A stretch of 64,000 bases of DNA from an uncultured bacterium (GTDB lineage Bacteria > Patescibacteriota > Minisyncoccia > Phycocordibacterales > PALSA-1337). Under the pieces are notes generated by a model. The model saw only the letters and a list, made by a program, of their open reading frames with translations. It made no database searches and was not told where the DNA came from. Position numbers and translations under genes: made by a program. The DNA is taken from positions 106,405 through 170,404 of the forward strand of contig OY969557.1 in the NCBI GenBank assembly GCA_963701025.1, given 5' to 3'. Each line of letters opens with the position of its first letter. The first letter of the stretch is position 1. Positions 1-8,637 of the stretch are shown piece after piece.

Positions 1-146
1 CGGCATGTTCATCATGATGTCGGCCTGGGGTATCATATATCTGATCTCCAATACGGTAGCGCAGATTTGAAGGACTGAAAATCAGGTAAATAAAAACAGG
101 CGGGGATTGAATCTCCGCCTGTTGCGTTAAGGGATGTTTTAGGCCC

Positions 147-563
147 TTATTTGATTTCGGTGTAGGTGCAGTGCAACGTCGTAGGCTGGGGTTCGTAATT
201 CGGATTGAACTCGAAAGTCAATCCCTCCCCAATGCCGTATTCCGTATGCCCCAGCGACCTTTCCGTCACTTCCGTAGTCGCATTCGTGACGACATGTATC
301 GGAGCGTAGCCCCAATTCACTTCGAGATGATACCCGAATGGAGCCGACAGGTTTGTTGACTCGGTCACCATTACGACGTCCTGGGTGTAGACCATGGGCG
401 GTCGTGTCGTGGCACCACCGTTGTTTTCAGTCGTTTGCGCGGTAGGGCAGAACGTCATGGTGAGCAGGATAATAATGATTCCTACAACACCGAGGATGAG
501 TCTGCTTGGCCGCCACCCGTCTTTTTTTTCGGTTGTGTTTTTTGTTGGTTCGTTCATGGTCAT
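147..563 (-). CDS. hypothetical small membrane-anchored protein
   Basis: ORF of 138 aa with one hydrophobic helix (GVVGIIIILLTMTF). Start overlaps the upstream gene's stop by 4 nt (coupled). No recognisable domain. Confidence 0.35.
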   Translation of the reverse strand: MTMNEPTKNTTEKKDGWRPSRLILGVVGIIIILLTMTFCPTAQTTENNGGATTRPPMVYTQDVVMVTESTNLSAPFGYHLEVNWGYAPIHVVTNATTEVTERSLGHTEYGIGEGLTFEFNPNYEPQPTTLHCTYTEIK

Positions 564-1690
564 TTTCCTTTCCCTGTGATGGCGAATCCGCTGCCAGGAG
601 CGAAGGTGTGTACCCGTTCCGGGATACCCTCGTATTTTTGGATGTTCACGGTTTTTTCGATCAGATCAAGTGCCACCTGTGTGCCCTCGAAGGCCACATT
701 CGGTTTGACATCGCAATCGTCGACCAGTTTTTTGGTTTCTTCCCTAATTAGGCCGAGCCGCGCTTTGGCGTCGAATGTCTTCTGTGATTCGCCGGTGAGG
801 CTGAAGTTGCCCATGATCAGCTTTATTTCAGTCCCCGTTTTTTCTTCCAAGGGGGAAAGGTGTTCGTCACCCCCAAGCAGGTTGTCTATCCACGCTTTGA
901 CCTCCGCTTTGTAGTAGAGGAGCGTTTCATAGGAATTACACCCGGCGATGTCTGACCATCTTGCCTCAACCCATTCCCTGATGGCCACCCGGATTTCTTC
1001 CGGTTCTTTGAATTTGAGCGATCTGTTCAGGCCATCTTCGCGCCAGTTGTATATTATCGTGACTTCCGCAGCGGTTTGGTATCCGTCCTGGGTAGTCGCG
1101 TCCATTTTTGGCTCGTCAGTTCCATTGGTGTTGATGACCTCATGCTTTTGGAAATCAATGGCGATTCCCTGATCGCGTGAGAACCAAGATGTCCAATGGA
1201 ATCCTTTCGGATAGATGATCAATTCCCGGACGACGTAATCCAGATAGAGCTTCGCTTGCAAGCCCTTGACCGTTGTCCAGAGATGGCCGTATAAGCAGAT
1301 GACAGCCACCCAGATAACTGAAAGCGGGATACCCACTCTCGCAACTGGGTTATGTGTCTTGAAACTGATGACGAAGAACATCAGGCAGAACAGGATCACC
1401 GCCGTTAACAGATTGAGCGTAAATGCCGCCCAATCCATGTCGGTTATGTATCTGATCTGTAACGGTTCGTCACCGTGTGCCTTACAGCCTTCGGGCAGGT
1501 CAAACTTCCGTTTTGGCGGTAATTCCAACGGAGCGGGTTTATCGTTTTTACTCCACGCCTCATCAGGAGGCGGGTCGATAAGGCCGAGTTCGGCCAGTTG
1601 AATGTTTTTCATGTCGAGTCCTTTCGTTTCATCATGTAGTGATTGTTTTTTCAAGGCGATATCCTTACTATGGATACCGGCGTTACTCAC
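560..1690 (-). CDS. hypothetical membrane protein (two TM helices, about 230-aa C-terminal domain)
   Basis: ORF of 376 aa with hydrophobic helices AAFTLNLLTAVILFCLMFFVISF and IPLSVIWVAVICLYGHLW. Co-directional and overlapping with 147..563. No family recognised. Confidence 0.45.
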   Translation of the reverse strand: MSNAGIHSKDIALKKQSLHDETKGLDMKNIQLAELGLIDPPPDEAWSKNDKPAPLELPPKRKFDLPEGCKAHGDEPLQIRYITDMDWAAFTLNLLTAVILFCLMFFVISFKTHNPVARVGIPLSVIWVAVICLYGHLWTTVKGLQAKLYLDYVVRELIIYPKGFHWTSWFSRDQGIAIDFQKHEVINTNGTDEPKMDATTQDGYQTAAEVTIIYNWREDGLNRSLKFKEPEEIRVAIREWVEARWSDIAGCNSYETLLYYKAEVKAWIDNLLGGDEHLSPLEEKTGTEIKLIMGNFSLTGESQKTFDAKARLGLIREETKKLVDDCDVKPNVAFEGTQVALDLIEKTVNIQKYEGIPERVHTFAPGSGFAITGKGK

Positions 1691-1826
1691 ACGAGTAGCG
1701 CAACTGTTAGTTTAGTTTGACCTTATCATATTTCGGTATAAAAGTCAATAGCTCCGTATAGGTTCAGTAGCTTCGCACATATAAAAATCCCCAGCCTTTT
1801 CTTGATGGATTGGCTGGGGATGAGTT

Positions 1827-3521
1827 TCATTGTGTTTCCGTAGAACAGATGTGCCGGTATGTAATACCGGAGTTCGGCGCTTTCAGTCCGGATACTTCAG
1901 GCGGTAACCCGCTTGTCGCACCGTTCGCCATTGATTGTTTATCGGTTATTCTCGCTGATCGGTGTTGCATCATGAGTCCAAACGCAACGAGCGAGGCGAT
2001 AACGAGACACATTGCGGTTATGAGGCCATACCGTCGCCAGGCCATCGGTACTGCCGTTGATGCTTCCGCCGCCTGTGTCCGAACGACCGGCGCTTGTACC
2101 GTTGGCGGTTGAGTTGTCACAGGTGCCGCCGGAGTAACGGCTTTCAGGCGTTCCTCCAGCCGTGAGACCACGGTATCCGCCAGCGCGGCGTCCCGGCGGT
2201 TTTGGCCGGAGATGAACCGTGTCAATTGTGTTTCCAAGCCCCTCATCTTCCGCCAGATGCGCAAGAGCACCCAGGCGAATCCGAATCCTCGACGGATCCT
2301 TTTCGCCGGAGCAGGTGCCGGAGCAGGCGATGGAGCCTGCGTGAGCGATCCCTGCCGCGCACAACGGTCATTGAACTCGACCATGATCTCGTGGATCTGG
2401 TCGAGGAACGCCCGATAATCGGCCCGTTCCTGCGAGGCCTCGGCACGCTCGCGTGAAGCTTCGGTGAGGCTGGTCTGAATGTCGCTGACCATTCCGGCGA
2501 ATTCTTCGCGAACCGCTTTCAGTGCCGTAGCATTTTGCCGCACGATGAGTTCCGAGCATGTTCGTCCTTGGGCCAACACGGAAACGAGGCTTTCGCTGAT
2601 CTGCGCGTGCAGGTCAACGAGCTGTTGCCCCAGACCCGTGCTGATCCGCTGTTCGATTTCGGCGGGATTGGCACGGAGCTTTTCGCGCAATTGCGAGACT
2701 TCCGAGGCCAATGCGCCTACTCCAGTCGTCAGAGCCGCATGACCCTTGGTTTGGTCGCCGATCTTCGCCGTGAGCTCGGGTAGCACTCGCGCGACCTCAT
2801 CGGTCACGACGAGCGTGCGTTTGACCAACGCCTGATAGGTTTCATTCTGGCCGGACTTTTCGCCGACGAAGGCGGTGTAATCATTGACCAAGCTTTGGAC
2901 GGTCGCGGTTATGTCCCTGATCGCCGCCGCATTTGAATCAAGATGACCATTGACGAGCTGGTTCTGCTTGGACTGCTCGCCGAGGATGGCTTTGAATTTT
3001 TCGTTGACGTCGCCGGTGATCGCCGTGGTGTTTTCGCCGAGACGACTTCCCAGCTCGTTTTTCAGCTGTTCCAGCAGTCCTGGTATTCCGGCGACTTGAG
3101 CGGATATGCCGCCCTTGCCGTCGAGGATCGCGGCGATCTTCTTGTTCTCGTCGTCAATCCAGCCGATCCAGATCCGTGTAATGTCATCTGGTGTCATGGT
3201 CAATCGGTCGGTTGTCTCAAAGCGCTGTTCCGGAGTGATGCCGTCAGCGCTTATGGTGACCTCGTATTCCCCGGGCACCAGCTCGTAGGCCTTCAGACCG
3301 TTCCGTTTAAACGAACCCAGTCTGATAGTTATTCTTCCGTCAGGTCCTTCCTCGTGCGGCATGACTTCCACTCTCTGACCGCCGAAAATGGTCTGTTCAC
3401 TGCGTTTGACGCACACGTAATGTGTGTCGGCTCCCGGTAATCGGGAGAAGACGATTTTTTCGCCATTGCACTGGTGGATGACCGGTGTGATGGGTTTTGG
3501 GGTAGGGGTAGTGTCGGACAT
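1827..3521 (-). CDS. coiled-coil protein with C-terminal transmembrane anchor (hypothetical)
   Basis: 564 aa. N-terminal beta-rich segment, about 330 aa of heptad-like A/E/Q/L-rich sequence, a PAPAPAPA linker, then a hydrophobic helix (LITAMCLVIASLVAFGLMM) near the C-terminus. First gene of an apparent 3-gene minus-strand operon. Confidence 0.5.
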   Translation of the reverse strand: MSDTTPTPKPITPVIHQCNGEKIVFSRLPGADTHYVCVKRSEQTIFGGQRVEVMPHEEGPDGRITIRLGSFKRNGLKAYELVPGEYEVTISADGITPEQRFETTDRLTMTPDDITRIWIGWIDDENKKIAAILDGKGGISAQVAGIPGLLEQLKNELGSRLGENTTAITGDVNEKFKAILGEQSKQNQLVNGHLDSNAAAIRDITATVQSLVNDYTAFVGEKSGQNETYQALVKRTLVVTDEVARVLPELTAKIGDQTKGHAALTTGVGALASEVSQLREKLRANPAEIEQRISTGLGQQLVDLHAQISESLVSVLAQGRTCSELIVRQNATALKAVREEFAGMVSDIQTSLTEASRERAEASQERADYRAFLDQIHEIMVEFNDRCARQGSLTQAPSPAPAPAPAKRIRRGFGFAWVLLRIWRKMRGLETQLTRFISGQNRRDAALADTVVSRLEERLKAVTPAAPVTTQPPTVQAPVVRTQAAEASTAVPMAWRRYGLITAMCLVIASLVAFGLMMQHRSARITDKQSMANGATSGLPPEVSGLKAPNSGITYRHICSTETQ

Positions 3522-3632
3522 ATAGATTCTCCCGTCGTACGTTGTTATATGTGGTTTTCAACGATCAAAAAATCGTTGTTTTGTTTGTCGCGACTCTACC
3601 GCATAAATATGGAAAAGTCAATATGTGCGTAT

Positions 3633-3651
3633 GTGCCGGGGAGAGGACTCG
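3633..3651. repeat. 19-bp direct copy of the 3' end of tRNA-Leu(TAG) (gtgccggggagaggactcg); att-like duplication
   Basis: Identical to 3986..4004 inside the tRNA, same orientation, 334 bp away. Read directly from the sequence. Confidence 0.5.
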
Positions 3652-3983
3652 GGTCCTACGGACCCTGTATAGGTCTCGTATTTTCTCGGGTCAAAGACCC
3701 TCGAAAATATACTCGACCTTTTCTCGTCCTCTCCCGCAAACCTCCGGTTTGCTCCGGCACAAATTCGCTTCGCTCATTTGTGTGTCTTTATGACTCCGCT
3801 CGAACCTTTTTTCAAGGACAATAGCCCTTGGCAGTCTCGTTTTAGGGTATCCCCACACCCTTCCCCACATGGGGAGGGGTATTGTTTTGAAATCATCCTT
3901 TGCTCACAAGGATTTTGTCGCCTTTTTGCGTTTCGTGCCACCCCCGACTTCGGTCGGTTTTGCCGCTCACGCGGCTGGTGGAA

Positions 3984-4068
3984 TGGTGCCGGGGAGAGGA
4001 CTCGAACCTCCAAGGATTGCTCCGCGTGGTCCTAAGCCACGTGCGTCTACCAATTTCGCCACCCCGGC
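3984..4068 (-). tRNA. tRNA-Leu (anticodon TAG), type II with long variable arm
   Basis: Reverse complement reads GCCGGGGTGGCGAAATTGGTAGACGCACGTGGCTTAGGACCACGCGGAGCAATCCTTGGAGGTTCGAGTCCTCTCCCCGGCACCA. Acceptor stem GCCGGGG/CCCCGGC, anticodon loop CTTAGGA, T-loop TTCGAGT, CCA encoded. Confidence 0.8.
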
Positions 4069-4113
4069 GATTTTTCCATTTTACACTTTACCTTTTACTA
4101 TTGCTACGTGTAT

Positions 4114-4292
4114 TTTGTGCTGCTTTTTGGACAAAGTTCGAACTTTTTTCTCTGAAAATCCCGACTCGTAGTTGCGTCTCGCTCTGCTCGACGCCAGGAG
4201 AGGGCGGACGGAAGCCTGGGGGTTTGGGGGAAAGGATTCCGTCCGCCCTCACTATTTGTTTTTGGCCGCCGCCGCGCCATTTTTTCGCGCGG
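4114..4292. repeat. repeat A: inverted copy (about 97% identical) of 7999..8178; contains a 14-bp-stem hairpin (4200..4250)
   Basis: Reverse complement of 4114..4292 aligns base by base to 7999..8178 with a few mismatches. The internal hairpin is gagggcggacgga...tccgtccgccctc around a G/C-rich loop. Confidence 0.8.
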
Positions 4293-4315
4293 GTATTAGT
4301 AAAGAAAGAAATTCA

Positions 4316-4390
4316 TGGAACCTTGCGGCTCAAATCCACCATTTGATCCGCAAGCGGTTCTGCCATCTGAGCCGCAAGATTATTCTAGCA
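4316..4390. repeat. about 70-bp direct repeat, copy 1 (ggctcaaatccaccatttgatccgcaa...gccatctga.ccgcaagatt)
   Basis: Near-identical copy at 4602..4676. The pair brackets the S1 element. Confidence 0.7.
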
Positions 4391-4404
4391 TGAGGATTTG
4401 AAAA

Positions 4405-4590
4405 CTCGAAGCGATCCACTTCCGCTTCTAAAGAGTCATGTGACGCGCCCTACGCACATATCCGAACGGCTCCCGCGCTTTTCCTCCGTTGCTTCGCAAC
4501 CGAGGGGCGCGTCCGCCATACAGATATGTGCTACGGGCGAAAAGAAAATGGTGGCGAGAAGCGGAAGTCGACCGCTTCTCGATTGAAGTT
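4405..4590. other. S1: hairpin-bounded structured element (5' hairpin GAAGCG..CGCTTC, 3' hairpin GAGAAGCGG-AAGTCGA-CCGCTTCTC, GC-rich nested stems inside)
   Basis: Same terminal motifs (CCACTTCCGCTTC ... GGTGGnGAGAAGCGGAAGTCGACCGCTTCTCGAT) and same length recur at 8410..8575 upstream of the recombinase gene. Interiors differ but each holds a 9-12-bp internal inverted repeat. Confidence 0.45.
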
Positions 4591-4601
4591 GAAAAGAAAT
4601 T

Positions 4602-4676
4602 TAGAAATCCTTACGGCTCAAATCCACCATTTGATCCGCAAACGGTTTTGCCATCTGATCCGCAAGATTCAGCGCA
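4602..4676. repeat. about 70-bp direct repeat, copy 2
   Basis: Matches 4316..4390. Confidence 0.7.
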
Positions 4677-5322
4677 CAAAAAGATATTTAACCCAGTGCG
4701 AGCCGTCTGTGCGGTTCAATCTTCCTTGTTGGACTAATTTCGACAAATATCTTGTTGCTGTGGCATCCGAACAGTGTAGACGGTCTTGAGCTTGTTCGTT
4801 GGTGATGGATCCTTTTTTTTGTGCTGTCAGCATGATCTTGTCCAATTTTTTCTGTCTGTTTGAACCAAGCTTGGCGTTTGCTTTGGCTAGAAGCGTGCGG
4901 ATGAAGCTGGTCTGGTTCTGTTGCGCCGACGATTGTGTCTGTGGAGATATCGGAGTCGGTGGCGTCGGCGCTGGCACAGGTGCAGATTGCACTGGAATTG
5001 GCTGGACTGGTTCAGGAGTTGGCGGCTCATCGGTTGCAGGAGTTGGTTCAGAAATCGGTTGATCATCAACCGGAGCTTCTGGCTCATTTGAGGCAGAAAT
5101 CGGCTCTTCCGGGGCGTTGCTTTCAGGCTGATTTATAGGTGGATTTTGATCTTCTACAGGAGTTGAACTAGAATCGTTTATAGGCGATTCTGGGGCCGTA
5201 GGAGGGGTATTGGCCACGTCAGAATCTGTTGTTTGGTCAGAAACTGGCTCAACTGGAGCAGGCGATGATTCTGGCGCTTGCACATCTTCAACTGGTTCGC
5301 TTGGAGTATTTTGATCGTCCAT
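4669..5322 (-). CDS. DNA-binding protein: disordered Pro/Glu-rich N-terminal region plus C-terminal winged-helix HTH
   Basis: 217 aa. The N-terminal 140 aa are low-complexity (PEPV, TPPT repeats). The C-terminal 70 aa (..ITNEQAQDRLHCSDATATRYLSKLVQQGRLNRTDG..) has the pattern of wHTH domains such as those at Fic/DeoR termini. Confidence 0.45.
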   Translation of the reverse strand: MDDQNTPSEPVEDVQAPESSPAPVEPVSDQTTDSDVANTPPTAPESPINDSSSTPVEDQNPPINQPESNAPEEPISASNEPEAPVDDQPISEPTPATDEPPTPEPVQPIPVQSAPVPAPTPPTPISPQTQSSAQQNQTSFIRTLLAKANAKLGSNRQKKLDKIMLTAQKKGSITNEQAQDRLHCSDATATRYLSKLVQQGRLNRTDGSHWVKYLFVR

Positions 5323-5393
5323 AGGAATATATTAACATGCTATCCACAGAATTGATTTGACTTACTGGGTTCAATTTGCTAGATTGTTAATGT

Positions 5394-5421
5394 CATTCGC
5401 AGGCCGCCACGCTTCGTGGCG
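5394..5421 (+). terminator. hairpin CCGCCACG-CTTC-GTGGCGG followed by TTTGTATTT (terminator-like, plus orientation)
   Basis: Perfect 8-bp GC-rich stem plus T-rich tract on the plus strand between two minus-strand genes. Orientation is odd, so it could stop an antisense or readthrough transcript. Confidence 0.25.
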
Positions 5422-5429
5422 GTTTGTAT

Positions 5430-6011
5430 TTATACCTCTTTTTGGATTTTCATTTTCCAGCTATCGATATTAATGAGATCGATCTTTCCTTGCTCGTGTT
5501 GCTTCATGACTTCTTTTAACCTCGTTGATAGACGTTTGGTATTTAGTCCAGGCTTCTTGATGCCGGCGTTTGATGAAACGACATAAACTTTCGTGCCTTT
5601 CTCCACAAGTCTTTTGATCAGATAATCGAAATCGCCATCACCTGTAAATATCAAGAATTCTTTATCTGGTCCGGCATATTCCATGGCATCGACGGTCAAA
5701 TCAACATCACAATTAGATTTGTGGTTATAGCCCATACTCACAACCTCTACATTTTCTTTACCGCAAGCAATACATTTTATAGAGATCGTTTTGTCGGGCT
5801 TTTTATAAGAGAAGACCGTCCTCGTTTTTACAATGCAACCGGCTCCTTTCAGAGATTCAAATTCTTTTGCGGTTTCGTCATCTCCTTCGTCGATGCCGGA
5901 GTAGAAAAAAACTTTTTCGCATTTCCATTTCTTCGTGAGGTACGCGTAAAGCTTGTGCCAGTCAATTAGAAAGCCAAGTAGCTTGCGCGTCGTTGACGCC
6001 GTGTTCTGCAC
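5430..6011 (-). CDS. NYN-domain (LabA-like PIN-related) putative ribonuclease with inserted CxxC..C zinc-ribbon
   Basis: 193 aa. An N-terminal motif (LLGFLIDWHKLYAYL) and the C-terminal FLIFTGDGDFDYLIKRLVEKGTKVYVV match the acidic NYN/DUF88 signature. Low-GC gene. Confidence 0.5.
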   Translation of the reverse strand: MQNTASTTRKLLGFLIDWHKLYAYLTKKWKCEKVFFYSGIDEGDDETAKEFESLKGAGCIVKTRTVFSYKKPDKTISIKCIACGKENVEVVSMGYNHKSNCDVDLTVDAMEYAGPDKEFLIFTGDGDFDYLIKRLVEKGTKVYVVSSNAGIKKPGLNTKRLSTRLKEVMKQHEQGKIDLINIDSWKMKIQKEV

Positions 6012-6081
6012 GTCGATGAAAGCATAACGTTTTCTCTGGTTTGCTTGTGGACATGCGTGGTATTATACCACGGCATAGGAC

Positions 6082-6411
6082 CTATTTTCTGTTTAGAATA
6101 TTTGCTATATTTTGTTTTTCCTCCACACTTGCTGTCGTCTTTGAATTTGAGATCAAGGAAGATACAGCGCTTATTTTTGCCGCAGATGTAGGTTGTGATG
6201 ATTGCAACATTGCCGCCACCTCAGTCCGCAATTCGGCTTGAGTTTTTGGTGGAATGGTAGACGCATACCGCATTACGATAAACCAGTAGGCGAGAGCGAT
6301 TAGGATAGCTACGATTACAATAACCAAAACACTCCACAAAAAACGGTGCCGGTGATTGTGTGTCGTTGGTGATTGGGGTATTGGTTGGGGATTTAGTGAG
6401 TAGGTTGGCAT
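6082..6411 (-). CDS. hypothetical single-pass membrane protein
   Basis: 109 aa. His/Pro-rich N-terminus, then TM helice FLWSVLVIVIVAILIALAYWFIV. No family recognised. Confidence 0.35.
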   Translation of the reverse strand: MPTYSLNPQPIPQSPTTHNHRHRFLWSVLVIVIVAILIALAYWFIVMRYASTIPPKTQAELRTEVAAMLQSSQPTSAAKISAVSSLISNSKTTASVEEKQNIANILNRK

Positions 6412-6418
6412 AAATCAA

Positions 6419-6676
6419 TTATTGGACAGTTAGACTAGGCGAACATGCGACTATACCACTCACTGTTGAACCATTTGATGTCGAAGTTACCTTAAAGGAG
6501 AGGTTCTTTGTTCCTGTAGTGCTGTAATTTTTAGTAACAGAGGCTGTCGAACCGAGAGAACTCCATGTGTTATTAACAGCAGGGTCATTCCAATAATACG
6601 TATATGTCCCAGCTCCAGCTCCGCCTAAATCATATCCTGTATAAAGAGACCATGTCATATTTGTTCCATGAGTCAC
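6419..6676 (-). CDS. C-terminal fragment (PKD/Ig-like repeat) of the upstream secreted protein, separated by a frameshift
   Basis: The 85-aa ORF (..TYTYYWNDPAVNNTW..GTKNLSFKVTS..GSTVSGIVAC) repeats the TNYTYQWNGTDHGSW..PGTKTMSMNV..SVSC module found at the end of 6630..7721. The two ORFs overlap in different frames at 6630..6676. Confidence 0.35.
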   Translation of the reverse strand: MTHGTNMTWSLYTGYDLGGAGAGTYTYYWNDPAVNNTWSSLGSTASVTKNYSTTGTKNLSFKVTSTSNGSTVSGIVACSPSLTVQ

Positions 6677-7721
6677 AGTTGGTTGAACTCGGATTGCAAG
6701 ACAGGTTTTGTATTGGTGGAAGGGTCACTGCAACGCTTGCCGTGCAAGAGACTGACTTGCTTGCTCCATAGGACAAGACATTCATTGACATTGTTTTTGT
6801 ACCTGGTGTTGTATACGAATAGGTGATGGAATTTTGACTTGTGGATGGACTTGGTAACCAAGATCCGTGATCGGTCCCGTTCCATTGATAAGTATAATTC
6901 GTACTATCTCCACCCGTTGGACTTGTCAGACTACTCCAAACAACAGGCTGATTTATCACTTGTGTAGTATTATCTGGCCCACATGACAGATTACCTATGG
7001 TTGATACGTAACGCCCGACTTTTTGGGTTCCGTCTTTACTGCAATAATATACGGTGTAGGGTTGCCACAAATCTCCCCAAGCGCTCGTCATGAGAAGCAT
7101 ATTCGGGTTTCCTGGATAATAACTACCGGTTCCTAATCCTGAAGGAGAGCATACTTGGCTATCGTCAGAGGCAATATTACTTCTCCAAGGGCATTGTTCT
7201 CCCGATAGACACCACCTGGCAACACCGTTACGACAATATATTTCCATGCTGTCATTGGCGGCACTTGAGCCGTTATCATTCATTTGAGAATTAGGTATAA
7301 CCCACACTAATCCGGACCCTTGGCATTCTGTGGGTGTTTGTGATCCTGGCATCTGCCACCCCGCTGTTCCATTTGTGTCCTGTGCTGTCAAAACAGCCCC
7401 GACTTGCGGACTACCGCTTGCCACAATCAAATTGCCCGTGATACCAAGATTATCAAACAAAGCGCCGCCAATAACATCAAGAGCGGGAATGCTGGTAGTA
7501 AGTTCGGTATTGGTGCCAAAAGAAACTGGTCCCATTTTGTACTGCCACGAGCTTCCGACATTAATCGGTGCAGGAGTATTGCAATTCGGCGGTGTGCAAT
7601 TGGTACCGGTAGGATAACCGGTGCCAGGTGGTGACCATGTTTGCGCCAAAGCTGATAATGCAGTAGCCCCAAGGAGAAATCCTACAACTACGAGCGAGAA
7701 CGATAGAATGCGTTTTTTCAT
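6630..7721 (-). CDS. secreted Cys-rich protein with PKD/Ig-like C-terminal repeat (signal peptide)
   Basis: 363 aa. N-terminus MKKRILSFSLVVVGFLLGATALSALA is a classic signal peptide. Many Cys, Trp and Gly. Probably continues into 6419..6676 through a frameshift. Confidence 0.55.
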   Translation of the reverse strand: MKKRILSFSLVVVGFLLGATALSALAQTWSPPGTGYPTGTNCTPPNCNTPAPINVGSSWQYKMGPVSFGTNTELTTSIPALDVIGGALFDNLGITGNLIVASGSPQVGAVLTAQDTNGTAGWQMPGSQTPTECQGSGLVWVIPNSQMNDNGSSAANDSMEIYCRNGVARWCLSGEQCPWRSNIASDDSQVCSPSGLGTGSYYPGNPNMLLMTSAWGDLWQPYTVYYCSKDGTQKVGRYVSTIGNLSCGPDNTTQVINQPVVWSSLTSPTGGDSTNYTYQWNGTDHGSWLPSPSTSQNSITYSYTTPGTKTMSMNVLSYGASKSVSCTASVAVTLPPIQNLSCNPSSTNCDSWNKYDMVSLYRI

Positions 7722-7998
7722 ACTTTTGTTGATTGCGTTTTTCTAATAATTTCCTAGTGTTGAGATACACAAAGCCCACCACTAGGAAGGCTCGAAAGCC
7801 TCTATACAAGTTTCCCCGTATAACGCAATCAACGCCCTAATGATCGGTTCTCTATGTTGATTGCGATTTTTCACCATGCCGCCGAAGCGGTTTAGGCTAC
7901 TTCTAACTTATTCAGTTGTGAGATTACTATACCATGAAATCTTCCACTTTGTGTCAAATAAGTTATGCACAGAAAATAACTATTTTTCTTTCCCAGCA

Positions 7999-8343
7999 CC
8001 GCGCGAAAAAATGGCGCGGCGGCGGCCAAAAACAAATAGTGAGGGCGGACGGAATCCTTTCCCCCAAACCCCCAGGCTTCCGTCCGCCCTCTCCCAGCGT
8101 CGAGCGGAGCGAGACGCAACTACGAGTCGGGATTTTCGGAGAAAAAAGTTCGAACTTTGTCCAAAAAGCAGCACAAATTCGCGGAAAACTGAAAATCGTC
8201 CGAAAAAGGCGAAATGCAAATACCAAGTGGAGAGCGGGGCGGAATTCCCCCCTGAAACCCCCCTTCCGCCCCGCCCGCATTTTTGTTGGCCGTTTTGGGA
8301 ATTGCGGGAACAAATGCAAACGGCGCACGGGGCAAAAAAACGA
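7999..8343. repeat. repeat B (345 bp): left half is rc of repeat A, right half is rc of repeat C; two hairpins (8041..8091 and 8234..8274)
   Basis: 7999..8178 equals rc(4114..4292) and 8171..8343 equals rc(10025..10194). The two halves overlap on 8 bp (gcacaaat, 8171..8178). Confidence 0.8.
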
Positions 8344-8409
8344 GGGCGCGGTCGCGTGTGGAGAAAAAAGAGAAATATGATTTTCTTTATTGAAAATAAT
8401 ATTTAAGAT

Positions 8410-8575
8410 TCAAAGCGGCCCACTTCCGCTTCAGATGAAATCAGTACGCGGATGTCAGAACAGCTCCGCACGGGAACTCACACCGTCGCCTGAGGCGACC
8501 GTGTGGTGCTCCGCCGTACCGACATTCGCCCGGAGACAGGTGGTGAGAAGCGGAAGTCGACCGCTTCTCGATGAG
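8410..8575. other. S2: second copy of the hairpin-bounded structured element, immediately upstream of the recombinase gene
   Basis: Starts with aagcggcccacttccgcttc and ends with ggtggtgagaagcggaagtcgaccgcttctcgat, as S1 does. Interior contains a 12-bp hairpin cacaccgtcgcc-tga-ggcgaccgtgtg. Confidence 0.45.
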
Positions 8576-8637
8576 AAAAAGTGGAAAAAAGTTATGCACA
8601 TCTATTTGACTTTGCAAAAATTTGGTAAAATATATTC

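Noticed and set aside
3869-4393. ORFs 3778..4035, 3869..4171, 3900..4346 and 4172..4393 on the plus strand
   Set aside because: They run across tRNA-Leu and the hairpin-rich repeat A, and identical peptide strings recur in antisense ORFs over repeat B (7892..8119, 7963..8328). They are repeat-derived reading frames, not genes.
7861-8406. 181-aa and 148-aa ORFs (7861..8406, 7934..8380) and minus-strand ORFs over repeat B
   Set aside because: They lie entirely inside the 345-bp repeat B and its hairpins, with no codon-usage or domain support.
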